Assembly (NCBI GenBank): GCA_047608975.1
Contig: JBLFYM010000002.1
Coordinates: forward strand, 7,189 to 71,188
Length of the DNA stretch: 64,000 nucleotides
Source of the DNA: Limisphaerales bacterium
GTDB taxonomy: Bacteria > Verrucomicrobiota > Verrucomicrobiia > Limisphaerales > JAYPXF01
Direction of reading: 5' to 3'
In this document: in pieces, positions 9,082-19,005 of the stretch
Numbering within the stretch: the stretch's first letter is position 1
Layout of the letters: every line of letters begins with the position of its first letter
Made by a program: the position numbers and the translations under genes
Notes under the pieces: model-generated
Database searches by the model: none
What the model saw: only the letters and a program-made list of their open reading frames with translations
What the model was told of the DNA's origin: nothing

Positions 9082-10764
9082 ATGCGCCCATTACTCGCTC
9101 TATTTGCCCTCGCAGGTTTACTCGAAGCCCGTCAGCCCAACGTCATCCTCGTGATGACTGACGATCAGGGTTACGGCGATCTGTCGTGTCACGGGAATCC
9201 GGACTTTCGAACGCCGAACCTGGACAAGCTCCATGGGGAGTCCGTTCGCTTTACGGACTTTCATGTGGACCCAACCTGTGCGCCGACGCGGGCGGCATTG
9301 ATCACGGGTCGTTACTCGTTGAGCACCGGTGTGTGGCACACAATCGCCGGCCGGTCGTTCCTGCATCCGGAGGAGGTCACCATCGCCAATGTGATGAAGG
9401 GTGGGGGATACATAACCGGCATGTTCGGGAAGTGGCACCTGGGCGACAACTATCCCTGCCGTCCCCATGATCGCGGATTCGACACCGCTGTCTATCACGG
9501 CGGCGGCGGCGTGGGACAGACGCCGGATCTTTGGGGTAATGACTACTTTGATGATCGCTACTTCCACAACGGCAAGCCGACCCAATACCAGGGCTACTGC
9601 ACGGACGTCTTCTTTGGCGAAGCGATGAAGTTCATGAAAGAGAGTAAGGACAAGCCCTTCTTCTGTTACCTGCTTCCGAACGCCCCGCACGGCCCGTATT
9701 ACGTGGCCGACAAATACTCAAAGCCGTTTCGCGAACAGGGCTTCTCGAAGGATCGTTCCAACTTTTATGGCATGTTGGTGAACATGGACGAAAATATGGG
9801 CCGTCTCGAAAAGTTCCTGCAGCAGGAAGGTCTCCGCGAAAACACCATCGTGATCTTCATGACGGACAACGGCACAGCCGGTCCGTGGTATCCGAAGGAA
9901 GGCAAGGACCACTCGGCCGGCTTACGCGGTATCAAAGGATCTATCTACGAGGGCGGTCATCGCGTTCCGTTCTTCGTCCGTTGGCCCAACGGCAAGGTCG
10001 GCGGGGGGCAGGATGTGAAGCATTTGGCTGCGCACATCGATGTCTTGCCGACTCTGGCAGAACTGTGCGGAGTGACTCGCGAATCCGGACCCAAGCTCCA
10101 TGGACGCAGCCTCGCACCTCTGTTACGGAATCCTAAAGCAAAGTGGAAGGGCCGCAGTCTGGTTGTGAATAATCAGCGCATTGCTGAACCGCAGAAGTTT
10201 AAGGATTTCGTGGTGATGTCCGGCAACTGGCGATTGGTGGGGAAAGACGAACTCTACAATCTCAAGAATGATCGCGGGCAGGCGAAGAATCTGGCCACCA
10301 GGAATCTGAAAGTCGTGACCCGGTTAATGAAGTTCTACGAAAAATGGTGGAGCCAAACCTCGGGTCGAGCTGGAACCTTGGTCCCAATCACCGTCGGTCA
10401 CGCCAAGGACAATCCCGCTTTCCTTACCGCCCACGATTGGCACGCCAAGAAGTTGCCCTGGCATCAGGAAGTCGTGGCTGAAGCACCGGCCTTCAATGGG
10501 CATTGGGAAATCAACATCGCCGAATCCGGCTACTACACCATCGCGTTGATGGAGCGCCCGACCGAAGCGAAGTTCCCCATCAATGCCACCCGCGTAACTT
10601 TGAAAGTGGACGGCAAGACCCTATCCAAAGAGATTGTGAAAGGAGCTGCAGAGGTTTCGTTCGAACTCAAACTGAAGGCCGGTCGCACTCAACTCCAGTC
10701 CACGATCGTTGACCGAGCCGGCACGGAGCGCGGCGCCTACTACGCTCGCGTCTTCCGTCACTGA
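9082..10764 (+). CDS. Formylglycine-dependent arylsulfatase
   Basis: PNVILVMTDDQG, CAPTRAALITGRY, GKWHLG, FMTDNG, KGSIYEGGHRVP. Confidence 0.92.
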   Translation: MRPLLALFALAGLLEARQPNVILVMTDDQGYGDLSCHGNPDFRTPNLDKLHGESVRFTDFHVDPTCAPTRAALITGRYSLSTGVWHTIAGRSFLHPEEVTIANVMKGGGYITGMFGKWHLGDNYPCRPHDRGFDTAVYHGGGGVGQTPDLWGNDYFDDRYFHNGKPTQYQGYCTDVFFGEAMKFMKESKDKPFFCYLLPNAPHGPYYVADKYSKPFREQGFSKDRSNFYGMLVNMDENMGRLEKFLQQEGLRENTIVIFMTDNGTAGPWYPKEGKDHSAGLRGIKGSIYEGGHRVPFFVRWPNGKVGGGQDVKHLAAHIDVLPTLAELCGVTRESGPKLHGRSLAPLLRNPKAKWKGRSLVVNNQRIAEPQKFKDFVVMSGNWRLVGKDELYNLKNDRGQAKNLATRNLKVVTRLMKFYEKWWSQTSGRAGTLVPITVGHAKDNPAFLTAHDWHAKKLPWHQEVVAEAPAFNGHWEINIAESGYYTIALMERPTEAKFPINATRVTLKVDGKTLSKEIVKGAAEVSFELKLKAGRTQLQSTIVDRAGTERGAYYARVFRH

Positions 10765-10785
10765 TCGTTCCAATTCAGTAAACTG

Positions 10786-12267
10786 ATGAAACTCCTATCC
10801 GCTCTTCTTGGTGTCCTTGGTGCCCTTGGTGGTTTAACTCAAGCGGCCAAGACTCCCAATATCGTGGTTGTCCTTGTCGATGATCACGCTTTCGAGGCGA
10901 TTTCCGCCTATGGCACTCACCTGAAGGATCACGCCAAGACGCCCACTATCGATCGACTCGCGAACGAGGGCATGCGCTTTGATAATTTCATCTGTTGCAA
11001 CTCGATCTGTTCGCCGAGTCGAGCCGCTATTCTGACCGGGCAGTACAGTCACAAAAACGGTGTGAAGGGATTGAACGGGGCGATCAACGACGATTCGCCG
11101 CAGTATCCGGTCGAGTTGCAGAAGGCCGGATACCAGACCTGGCTGGTTGGTAAATGGCATCTCAAGAGCCAGCCCAAAGGCTACGAAAAACACATGACGG
11201 TCAAAGGGCAGGGGAGCTACTTCGATCCGACCTTCAACGGAAGTGAAGGCGAATGGCGCAAGGTCAAAGGTTATTCGACCGACGTCTATACCGATATCGC
11301 GATGAAGTGGTTGCAGGCACGAGACCGCAAGAAACCGTTCCTTCTCAGTCTGCAATTCAAGGCGCCGCATCACGAATACGGGCATGCCGCGCGTTATGAT
11401 GATCTGCTCGCCGAGGTGACGATCCCCGAACCGCCTACGCTCTACGATGACATTGCGAAGAGTGATTCGAACATACAGCGCGAGTTTCTTCAGACGACGA
11501 AATTCCACATGCTTCATTCCAAGAAAGCGGGCGGCAAAAGAGATCCCAGCAAGAGCTATTACGCCCGTCATCTGAAGGATCCGGCCCCAAACGAAATGTG
11601 GAAGCATGACCCGAACAGTGATGACGATAAGATCCGGGTGGCCTATCAGCATATGGTGCACAAATACATCCGCTGCCTCACCGGCAACGACGACAACCTG
11701 AAGCGAGTTCTTGATTACCTCGACGCCGAAGGCCTCAGCGAGGACACCATCGTCATCTATACTTCAGACCAAGGTTATTGGCTTGGCCAACACGGTTTTT
11801 ATGATAAGCGCCTGATCCTTGAAACCTCTGTTCGCATGCCGTTCCTCATCCGCTACCCCCGCCTGATCAAACCGGGTACCGTCAACCAGGATCTCTGCAT
11901 CAACGTGGATATCGCCCCCACACTTCTCGAACTCGCCGGTCTTAAAATACCGGCCGCCATGCAGGGGCGGAGTATGGGATCGTTGTTGCGCGGCGAATCC
12001 CCCAGCGACTGGCGGAAGACGCAGTTTTACACCTACTGGGGTACACCTGAGCACTACGGGGTCCGGTCCGACCGCTACACCTACGTGAAGGTGAAGAACC
12101 ATCCGCCCGAACTCTTTGATCGTAAGACGGACCCTCATCAACGCCACAACGTCATTGCGAACTCCGATTATCGGGAAGCGATCAAGCGGCTGGACCGCGA
12201 GCTGAAGCAACAGATTGCAGATGTGGAAATCAGACCGATCAATCTTCCCGGGGCCAAGAGGAGGTAG
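10786..12267 (+). CDS. Sulfatase (N-acetylglucosamine-6-sulfatase/mucin-desulfating-like)
   Basis: CSPSRAAILTGQYSH, GKWHL, FKAPH, YTSDQGYWLGQHGFYDKR. Confidence 0.9.
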   Translation: MKLLSALLGVLGALGGLTQAAKTPNIVVVLVDDHAFEAISAYGTHLKDHAKTPTIDRLANEGMRFDNFICCNSICSPSRAAILTGQYSHKNGVKGLNGAINDDSPQYPVELQKAGYQTWLVGKWHLKSQPKGYEKHMTVKGQGSYFDPTFNGSEGEWRKVKGYSTDVYTDIAMKWLQARDRKKPFLLSLQFKAPHHEYGHAARYDDLLAEVTIPEPPTLYDDIAKSDSNIQREFLQTTKFHMLHSKKAGGKRDPSKSYYARHLKDPAPNEMWKHDPNSDDDKIRVAYQHMVHKYIRCLTGNDDNLKRVLDYLDAEGLSEDTIVIYTSDQGYWLGQHGFYDKRLILETSVRMPFLIRYPRLIKPGTVNQDLCINVDIAPTLLELAGLKIPAAMQGRSMGSLLRGESPSDWRKTQFYTYWGTPEHYGVRSDRYTYVKVKNHPPELFDRKTDPHQRHNVIANSDYREAIKRLDRELKQQIADVEIRPINLPGAKRR

Positions 12268-12294
12268 CCCAGACTGCAGGAACGGCCATTCGAA

Positions 12295-12324
12295 CGTAGC
12301 AGCCTCTTCGCGTCGGCTGCTGCG
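12295..12324. repeat. Short copy of the REP-like palindrome / hairpin between convergent genes
   Basis: CGTAGCAGCC-N10-GGCTGCTGCG; the left arm is identical to 3571-3580. Confidence 0.55.
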
Positions 12325-12343
12325 GGTTGTGGTTCACCGCTCG

Positions 12344-14356
12344 TCAATTTCCTCCGGCAGACTTCTTCACGCGGAAGAAAAATTTCTCGGCACCGGGGAT
12401 GGAGACGCTGAAGTGATCGGTGGATTCGTTGCTTTGCTGGGAACCAATGAGGGGCGTGAAGTTTTGTAGGTTCAAGCTGAATTCCACGGTGTAGGAAAAG
12501 CCCGGCAGAGAGTTCCAACCGAACGTGCAGTTGTTGAAGGCTCCGACTTGAAAGTCGACATTCACAGGGTTGTTGATGATCGATCCGTCGAAGTATTTGC
12601 TGGCGCGTTCCCAGACTTGGATACCGCATTGGGATCCCATGATACGACCAGGCCCGTCATCGACGGGAACGTGAATGCCGCCATACAAGCGGGACTTTCC
12701 GGCTTCATCCGCCGCATCATAGTAGGTCGCCCACTGGAGGGTGATGTCGACGCTCGGTCCTTCCTCGAATTCCAGATACTGATTGCGTGGTGCGTGAAAG
12801 GTTCCCATCCCGCCGGGGAAACTCGACGTCCCGGTCATGCGGGTGAGCACCTCGGCGGCGGCCCGACTAAAGGCGCTGTGGCCGGAGACGTAGCCGGCAA
12901 AGGCGGGCGTCACGAAGGTGTCGCGTTGGTAGGGTAGCCAGGTGTTGGCGTGGATCCATTTGGTGCCAGTGAATTCCGTTTCCGGATTTGCGGGTTCACC
13001 GCCCCAGGCGAAGATCGCCATGCTGCCCGGAACGAGGCCAAAGTGCCGCTGTCCGACGGCCGCGGATTCAGAGGTGATCCGCTCGATGAGTCCGGGAATC
13101 AAGGGCAGCCCGTTTGGGTGAAAGCCGGGAGCGGTGCTATCCGTGGATTGTCCGACTCCGGCCATGTAGCGGATGCTGCTGATCGGTCGGATGTAGTCGT
13201 AATGTCGTTTGCAGGTCCACGCCGCCACCGCGGCGTCATGCACGGCAGCGTTGAGGGCAAAATACATCTTCACGTCCCATTCGAGTTCATCCACCAGCGG
13301 GCCGGTGCCGCCGATACGGCGTTGAAGGGACGGATGATCAGAGACTTCGTTCGCGAGCTTGTTCCAATGCCCGGGCGGGGTTTCGGATTCCGGACCGTCT
13401 GCCCAAAATTCGGCAATCACCCGACCGTAGTCACCATGCGGAACAATCTGCTGAGCATAGGGTAAGCCGGTGGCAGGATTGATCGGGTAGCCGGTCCCGT
13501 CGTTTTGCCCGAGCGTGTTGTTGCCGAGCGAGGCGGGGGAGATGTCGATGGTGTTTCCGTCCGCGGGATCCATCAAGTTGCTGTATTCGATCACGGATAC
13601 CACGCCCGCCCGGTAGTCTGCATCGCCCACCCCGCCGAGTTGGGGTGGAGTCCCCGGATCGAGATACACGGATTCATTCGGCTGCAATTCGAGAGTAAAA
13701 GGCCGGACGGCTCCCCAGTGCGATCCGATATAGATTTGGATCTGGCTTGCAACCAATCCGTTCTGCGTGAAAGCGATGTCGAAGGCCAATGGTTGCCAGC
13801 GATTCAGGTCGTTCAGGGTGGTGCCGGCAAGCGCAAGGATGAGCGGGTCATTCACCGGGGAGTAGGTCGGGTCGCTGTAGAGGGTCAACTCGTTTGATCG
13901 GTCGCTGGCGGCGAAGCCAAGCACAGTCGCGGCTACCCGGTTACCCAGAGCAGCGGGCGTTGAATCGGTCGTGCGGGTATTGGCCGGATCGAATCCGAGC
14001 GACGTCATTTGTGCCGCGAGTGCGGGAAGCGTATTGCTGACGCTGACTGAGAGCGCATAGCGATGAGCCAATACCCGATAGGCCGCGTAGCTGATCGCTT
14101 CGCGGCGGGCCGCAGCCACATCGGTTGCGGTTGCGGTTTCGTTGTGGACGTAGCCGAGGGCATTGGTGTCGAAAGCCGCCCACGTGTCCCACATCGCCAC
14201 CGAGGTGTGAAAGAGGTTACGCGCCTGGACCGCCGGATTCGGGAAATCCAGCCGGATGGCGGCCAGGTTCTGTTCATTCCAAACCCGCGCGATGGATGCC
14301 GCCTCGGGTTGGTGGCAAAATGACGAAAGGATGAGAATTGTGATCAGGCGCTTCAC
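12344..14356 (-). CDS. Secreted vanadium-dependent haloperoxidase (PAP2-like) with a C-terminal beta-rich module
   Basis: Vanadate-site motifs KRHYDYIRP, YVSGHS, SRLYGGIH; FWADGP..ETPPGHW; probable GTG start at 14356 giving signal peptide VKRLITILILSSFCHQPEA (the ORF-track extension to 14695 overlaps mqnD). Confidence 0.85.
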   Translation of the reverse strand: MKRLITILILSSFCHQPEAASIARVWNEQNLAAIRLDFPNPAVQARNLFHTSVAMWDTWAAFDTNALGYVHNETATATDVAAARREAISYAAYRVLAHRYALSVSVSNTLPALAAQMTSLGFDPANTRTTDSTPAALGNRVAATVLGFAASDRSNELTLYSDPTYSPVNDPLILALAGTTLNDLNRWQPLAFDIAFTQNGLVASQIQIYIGSHWGAVRPFTLELQPNESVYLDPGTPPQLGGVGDADYRAGVVSVIEYSNLMDPADGNTIDISPASLGNNTLGQNDGTGYPINPATGLPYAQQIVPHGDYGRVIAEFWADGPESETPPGHWNKLANEVSDHPSLQRRIGGTGPLVDELEWDVKMYFALNAAVHDAAVAAWTCKRHYDYIRPISSIRYMAGVGQSTDSTAPGFHPNGLPLIPGLIERITSESAAVGQRHFGLVPGSMAIFAWGGEPANPETEFTGTKWIHANTWLPYQRDTFVTPAFAGYVSGHSAFSRAAAEVLTRMTGTSSFPGGMGTFHAPRNQYLEFEEGPSVDITLQWATYYDAADEAGKSRLYGGIHVPVDDGPGRIMGSQCGIQVWERASKYFDGSIINNPVNVDFQVGAFNNCTFGWNSLPGFSYTVEFSLNLQNFTPLIGSQQSNESTDHFSVSIPGAEKFFFRVKKSAGGN

Positions 14357-14584
14357 GGTGTCGATCGAGGAGGCTATTCTCGTGATTTTCGGCCAATCTG
14401 CCATCCCGCGTTTGGTGTATACTTCCTGCTTTTTGATCGGAGGTGGGACTTTTGCCTGATCCTTGTCTTCGTCAGCGAATGGTTCCCGCGAAGACCTTCG
14501 AAACCACGGCGGATTCCCAGCGGATTTGTGGTGAATCAACGGTTCGGCTGGACAAGGTCGGCGATAACCACTTAATTCCCTCGC

Positions 14585-15439
14585 ATGGAAAATCGAAAGC
14601 TCACACTTGGCCATTCGCCGGATCCGGATGATGCGTTCATGTTTTACGCGATGGCGAAGGATCTGATCCCGCAGCACGGCTACGAGTTCGAGCACACACT
14701 ACAGGACATCCAGACGCTGAATGAACGCGCCACGCGGGGTGAATTGGACATTTCGGCAATCAGTATTCATGCCTATCCGTATGTTGCGGACAAATACGCC
14801 CTGCTACCCAGCGGCGCGAGCATGGGCGATGGCTACGGACCTATGCTGGTCGCAAAAGAGAAGTTTTCACCGGCTGAAATCGCGAAGCGCAAGATTGCGG
14901 TGCCCGGGTTGATGACGAGCGCGTTTCTGGCGTTGCAGATGTTTTTGGATTGCAAGGCGGATCAGTTGGATTACGTGGTGGTGCCCTTCGATGAGATTTT
15001 CGATGTGGTCAACCGCGGGGATGCTGAAGTCGGGTTGATCATTCATGAAGGCCAGCTCACCTATGAGGATTCCGGCCTGAAACTCTGTGCGGACTTTGGT
15101 GCCTGGTGGAAGTCGGAGAACGACGGTCTGCCGTTGCCCTTGGGTGGAAATGTGATCAACAAACAGATTCCCGCGGATGAACGGAAGGTCATCTCGAAGA
15201 TTCTGGAAGCGAGCATTGGCTACAGTCTGGATCACCGGGAAGAGGCGGTGAAATACGCGTTGCAATTCGGTCGTGGTTTGGACGAGGGCTTGGCCGATCA
15301 GTTTGTCGGGATGTATGTGAACGATTGGACGCGTGATTATGGCGAACGGGGGAGAGAGGCCATCCGGCTATTTCTGAACCGAGGCGCGGAGCTGGGCTTG
15401 GTTCCGGCGATTGACGAACTGGAATTTGTGGAGCCCTGA
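14585..15439 (+). CDS. mqnD: 1,4-dihydroxy-6-naphthoate synthase (futalosine menaquinone pathway)
   Basis: LTLGHSPDPDDAFMFYA, ASMGDGYGP, GLIIHEGQLTY, LPLPLGGN, FVGMYVN. Confidence 0.92.
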   Translation: MENRKLTLGHSPDPDDAFMFYAMAKDLIPQHGYEFEHTLQDIQTLNERATRGELDISAISIHAYPYVADKYALLPSGASMGDGYGPMLVAKEKFSPAEIAKRKIAVPGLMTSAFLALQMFLDCKADQLDYVVVPFDEIFDVVNRGDAEVGLIIHEGQLTYEDSGLKLCADFGAWWKSENDGLPLPLGGNVINKQIPADERKVISKILEASIGYSLDHREEAVKYALQFGRGLDEGLADQFVGMYVNDWTRDYGERGREAIRLFLNRGAELGLVPAIDELEFVEP

Positions 15440-15515
15440 GAATTCCCACGCCGAATCAGCAGCGCAATTCGGTGGACACCGCGCAAGATTGCCAATCATT
15501 GCTGGAAAATTGTAG

Positions 15516-16058
15516 CTTCCCGCCATCAAGACGAAGTCGACAGAGGGAAAGGTAGTCTGGCTCACAGGCTTTTCTGCCGCCGGCAAAACGACCTTGGCAG
15601 TGGCCCTGCATGAACGACTCACCGCGAACGGCGTGGCAGCGAACCTGATCGACGGCGATATTGTACGCCAAGGACTCTGCCGGGATCTTGGATTCAGCCG
15701 CGAGGACCGCGCTGAGAACGTGCGGCGCGTGTCGGAGGTTGCCCGACTGATGGCTGATGCAGGTCTTTACTGCATCGTCGCGCTCGTGTCTCCCTATCAA
15801 GATGATCGGCTCGCCGCGGCCAAAATCGTCGGGGAGCCGCGATTCTACGAAATCTTCGTCGATGCCCCGCTGGACGTTTGTCGCAGCCGGGATCCTAAAG
15901 GTCTCTACAAGAAGGCGGATGCGGGCGGGTTGTCGGCCTTCACGGGCGTTTCCGACCCCTACGAACCGCCGCTCTCTCCCTTTCTTCATCTCCACACAGA
16001 TTCGCTGTCGGCAGAGGACTGCGTCGGGTTGCTGTTCGCCGCTGTCGTCAATTCGTGA
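15516..16058 (+). CDS. cysC: Adenylyl-sulfate (APS) kinase; start codon uncertain
   Basis: In-frame VVWLTGFSAAGKTTLA P-loop (15552-15599) upstream of the ORF-track start; DGDIVRQGL..DLGFSREDRAENVRR, RDPKGLYKKA, FTGVSDPYEPP. Confidence 0.88.
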   Translation, partial: LPAIKTKSTEGKVVWLTGFSAAGKTTLAVALHERLTANGVAANLIDGDIVRQGLCRDLGFSREDRAENVRRVSEVARLMADAGLYCIVALVSPYQDDRLAAAKIVGEPRFYEIFVDAPLDVCRSRDPKGLYKKADAGGLSAFTGVSDPYEPPLSPFLHLHTDSLSAEDCVGLLFAAVVNS

Positions 16059-17857
16059 AATCTGCATTGCAAAAAATTCGCACCATGCTGCAGATCGAGC
16101 GCACGTTGGGTCTGGTCTGGCGGGCGGGCCGATCGTGGGTTGTGGCGGGGCTGCTGCTCTCGGTTATTCTCGGGGTCATCCCCTTGGCCGCCCTCTGGCT
16201 GCACAAACTGATCATTGACACCGTCACCCGCGCGAATTTCGACACGGATGAAGCCGGGAGAGCGGTAGTCGGATTTGTCATCGTATTGGGGATCATTGAA
16301 TTGATCGCGTTGCTCTGCCGGCAGATCAGCAGCTATCTGACCGAGGAGCAGGGGCAGATCGTTCAGGACCACGTCGCCGACCTCGTTCACACGAAGTCAA
16401 TCGAAGTCGATCTGGCATTCTATGAGAACGCCGAATACCAGAACACCCTGCACCGTGCCCAGATACTCGCCCCCACTCGCGCGGCAAACTTTGTGCAGTT
16501 GCTCAGCCAGATCCTTCGCAACGGCCTTTGCCTCGTTGCGGTCTTTGGTTTCTTGGTGACGTTCCATTGGGGACTTGCGCTGATGCTTCTCCTGGCTGTG
16601 CTGCCCGGGCTCTTCGCCCGCCTACAGTCGGCCGACCGGATGTTCGAGTACCAGAAGGAGACCACTGAGCGCGAGCGTCTGGGCTGGTATTACCACTCCA
16701 TGAACACGCAGAACGCCAGCGCGAAGGAAGTCCGAATCTTTCAGCTAGGGGAGCTGTTCCGTCGCTGGTACCGGGATCTTCGCCGGCAGATTCGCGAGGG
16801 GCGTATGCGCCTCGCCCGTCGGCGGGTGATCATCGAATTCGGCGTCCAATGTGGTGCGACGCTCGCCCAATACGGGGGTTACCTTTATGTCGCGATCAGG
16901 ACAGTTCAGGGCGACTTTACACTCGGGGACCTGGTCATGTTCTACCAGGCTTTCCTGCGGGCGCAGACCTTCCTACAGCAGCTGTTGCAGGCCCTCTCCG
17001 GCCTCTACGAAAATAATCTTCTACTGGGGCAACTGTTCGCCTTTCTCGACACCACCAACGAGATCTCTTCACCCGCTGTACCGACCGCGTTGCCCAATCC
17101 AGAGGAAGCGCGGGTCGAATTCAACAACGTCCGCTTTGCCTATCCCGGCAGTCGGCGAGCGGTGCTGCACGACGTCAACCTCACGATCAATCCGGGCGAG
17201 CATATTGCCATTGTTGGCAAAAACGGATCAGGCAAGACGACTCTCGTAAAACTGCTGTGCCGGCTATACGACCCGACCGATGGCCAGATCACACTGGGCG
17301 GAAGCCCGCTGGCGGTATTCAATGTCGCCGACTACCGGCGGCAATTCAGCGTCCTCTTTCAGGACTATCTGCAGCATCCTCTGTCCGTCCGGCAGAACAT
17401 CTGGTTCGGGGACATTGTGAAAGCACCCGGATCCGGCCGGGTCGAAGAGGCGGCGAAGCTCACCGGTGCGGATGAATTCATCGCGGACCTGCCGAAGCAG
17501 TTTGAGTCCACGCTGGGTCGGCGCTTTCAGGAGGGCGAGGAACTCAGTCAGGGCGAATGGCAAAAGATTGCGCTCGCGCGCGCACTGCAGCGCGATACCG
17601 GCTTTGTGGTCCTCGACGAACCCACCAGTTCAATGGACCCGGAGGCCGAGTATCGGATTTTTCAGCAGTTCCATAAACTCACACGTGGCCGCACCGCGAT
17701 CCTCATCAGTCACCGCCTCAACACCGTGATGATGGCCGACCGCATCTACGTGGTGGATGAAGGCCGGATCATCGAAACCGGTTCCCATCAGGAGCTTCTC
17801 GCCAACGGCGGCCACTACGCCGCCCTCTTCGAAACTCAGGCCAGCAACTTCCGATGA
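16055..17857 (+). CDS. ABC exporter, fused permease/ATPase (lasso peptide D-type; no C39 peptidase domain)
   Basis: About 6 TM helices, Walker A GKNGSGKT, LSQGEWQKIALARA, VLDEPT, ISHR; GTG start overlaps the cysC stop. Confidence 0.9.
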   Translation: MKSALQKIRTMLQIERTLGLVWRAGRSWVVAGLLLSVILGVIPLAALWLHKLIIDTVTRANFDTDEAGRAVVGFVIVLGIIELIALLCRQISSYLTEEQGQIVQDHVADLVHTKSIEVDLAFYENAEYQNTLHRAQILAPTRAANFVQLLSQILRNGLCLVAVFGFLVTFHWGLALMLLLAVLPGLFARLQSADRMFEYQKETTERERLGWYYHSMNTQNASAKEVRIFQLGELFRRWYRDLRRQIREGRMRLARRRVIIEFGVQCGATLAQYGGYLYVAIRTVQGDFTLGDLVMFYQAFLRAQTFLQQLLQALSGLYENNLLLGQLFAFLDTTNEISSPAVPTALPNPEEARVEFNNVRFAYPGSRRAVLHDVNLTINPGEHIAIVGKNGSGKTTLVKLLCRLYDPTDGQITLGGSPLAVFNVADYRRQFSVLFQDYLQHPLSVRQNIWFGDIVKAPGSGRVEEAAKLTGADEFIADLPKQFESTLGRRFQEGEELSQGEWQKIALARALQRDTGFVVLDEPTSSMDPEAEYRIFQQFHKLTRGRTAILISHRLNTVMMADRIYVVDEGRIIETGSHQELLANGGHYAALFETQASNFR

Positions 17858-19005
17858 TTTTCGAAGACGATCCTGAACTGACATTGCTGGTCCGGCTGCT
17901 GCGAAATTCGATGGCCGGCAAAACAGCGGAGGATTCCTTGTGGTCTTCGGTATTCAGCAAATCCTATTTTTTGAAGCTGGTCCGGCGTCACCGGGTCGCG
18001 GCATTCCTCGCCAGCCGAGCCGACACGGCTTCACTGCCTTCCTCTACTCAGAACAGCTTGGCAGACATGAGTGCCGCGAACGCAGTCAAAGCCCTGTTAC
18101 GCACGCGGACGCTAATTGAACTCGGCAAGCGGCTGGAAAACGCGAACATCCCGTTCCTCAGCGTAAAAGGCCCGATGTTGGCGCAGCGGCTCTACGGCGA
18201 TGTGGGGGGGCGTCATGCTGGCGACCTTGATTTTCTCATCGACTCGGAACATGTCGCGGCAGCGGACGGATTGATGCGCGAGTCGGGCTGCCGGCGGAGT
18301 TCACCTAATTTCGATCTTAGCCCGCGCCAGTGGCGCGAGTACCAGATTATTCGACACGAGTTCCAGTATTTCAATCAAGAGGGTATCCGCATTGAATTCG
18401 GCTGGCGACTCGCAGGACTAACAGGGACGCAGTTTGACGAACTGTATGCGGCGCATCGCGAATCGCAGTTTGGCGGAATTTCCATTCCACGACTTCCGGC
18501 AACCACCGAACTGCTGCACCTCTTCGTGCATGGTGCTGGCCATGGTTGGTTTCGTCTCTTCTGGCTCCTCGACATCGCTCTCCTATTGCGACGCGATCAT
18601 GACTGGGAGGCGTTGATGCGCGAAGCCCGCCGAACACGAACCGAGCACTGCGTCTGGCAGGGGGCGCGACTGGCTGAAACGATTTTTGGAGTTGAGCTTC
18701 CAGCCAGCATTCGTCCTCCAGAGAATCGCCAAGGGGTAGTCGATTGGCTGGTCAATGACGCTATTCGCCAGCTGCGGGCGGACGAAAAACACCATTCCAC
18801 TCCGATCAGCTTGTTGCGCGATGCTCTGTATCTTCTGCGCTTGCGTCCCGATCGGACCGCGCGCGCCGCTCTCGTCCGCCCCCGGCTTTGCTCACCAGAA
18901 AACTGGCAGCGCTTCCCGCTGCCAGATCAATTTTTTTCCCTCTACTATCCCGCTGCGCCGTTCCTTTGGTCATGGCGACGTATTTGGCGAGCAGATGATC
19001 CCTAA
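17854..19005 (+). CDS. Nucleotidyltransferase family protein (NTP_transf_5-like, lasso-cluster type)
   Basis: VKGPMLAQRLYGDVGGRHAGDLDFLI, LHLFVHG..H.WFRLFWLLDI; ATGA overlap with the ABC gene. Confidence 0.85.
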   Translation: MIFEDDPELTLLVRLLRNSMAGKTAEDSLWSSVFSKSYFLKLVRRHRVAAFLASRADTASLPSSTQNSLADMSAANAVKALLRTRTLIELGKRLENANIPFLSVKGPMLAQRLYGDVGGRHAGDLDFLIDSEHVAAADGLMRESGCRRSSPNFDLSPRQWREYQIIRHEFQYFNQEGIRIEFGWRLAGLTGTQFDELYAAHRESQFGGISIPRLPATTELLHLFVHGAGHGWFRLFWLLDIALLLRRDHDWEALMREARRTRTEHCVWQGARLAETIFGVELPASIRPPENRQGVVDWLVNDAIRQLRADEKHHSTPISLLRDALYLLRLRPDRTARAALVRPRLCSPENWQRFPLPDQFFSLYYPAAPFLWSWRRIWRADDP

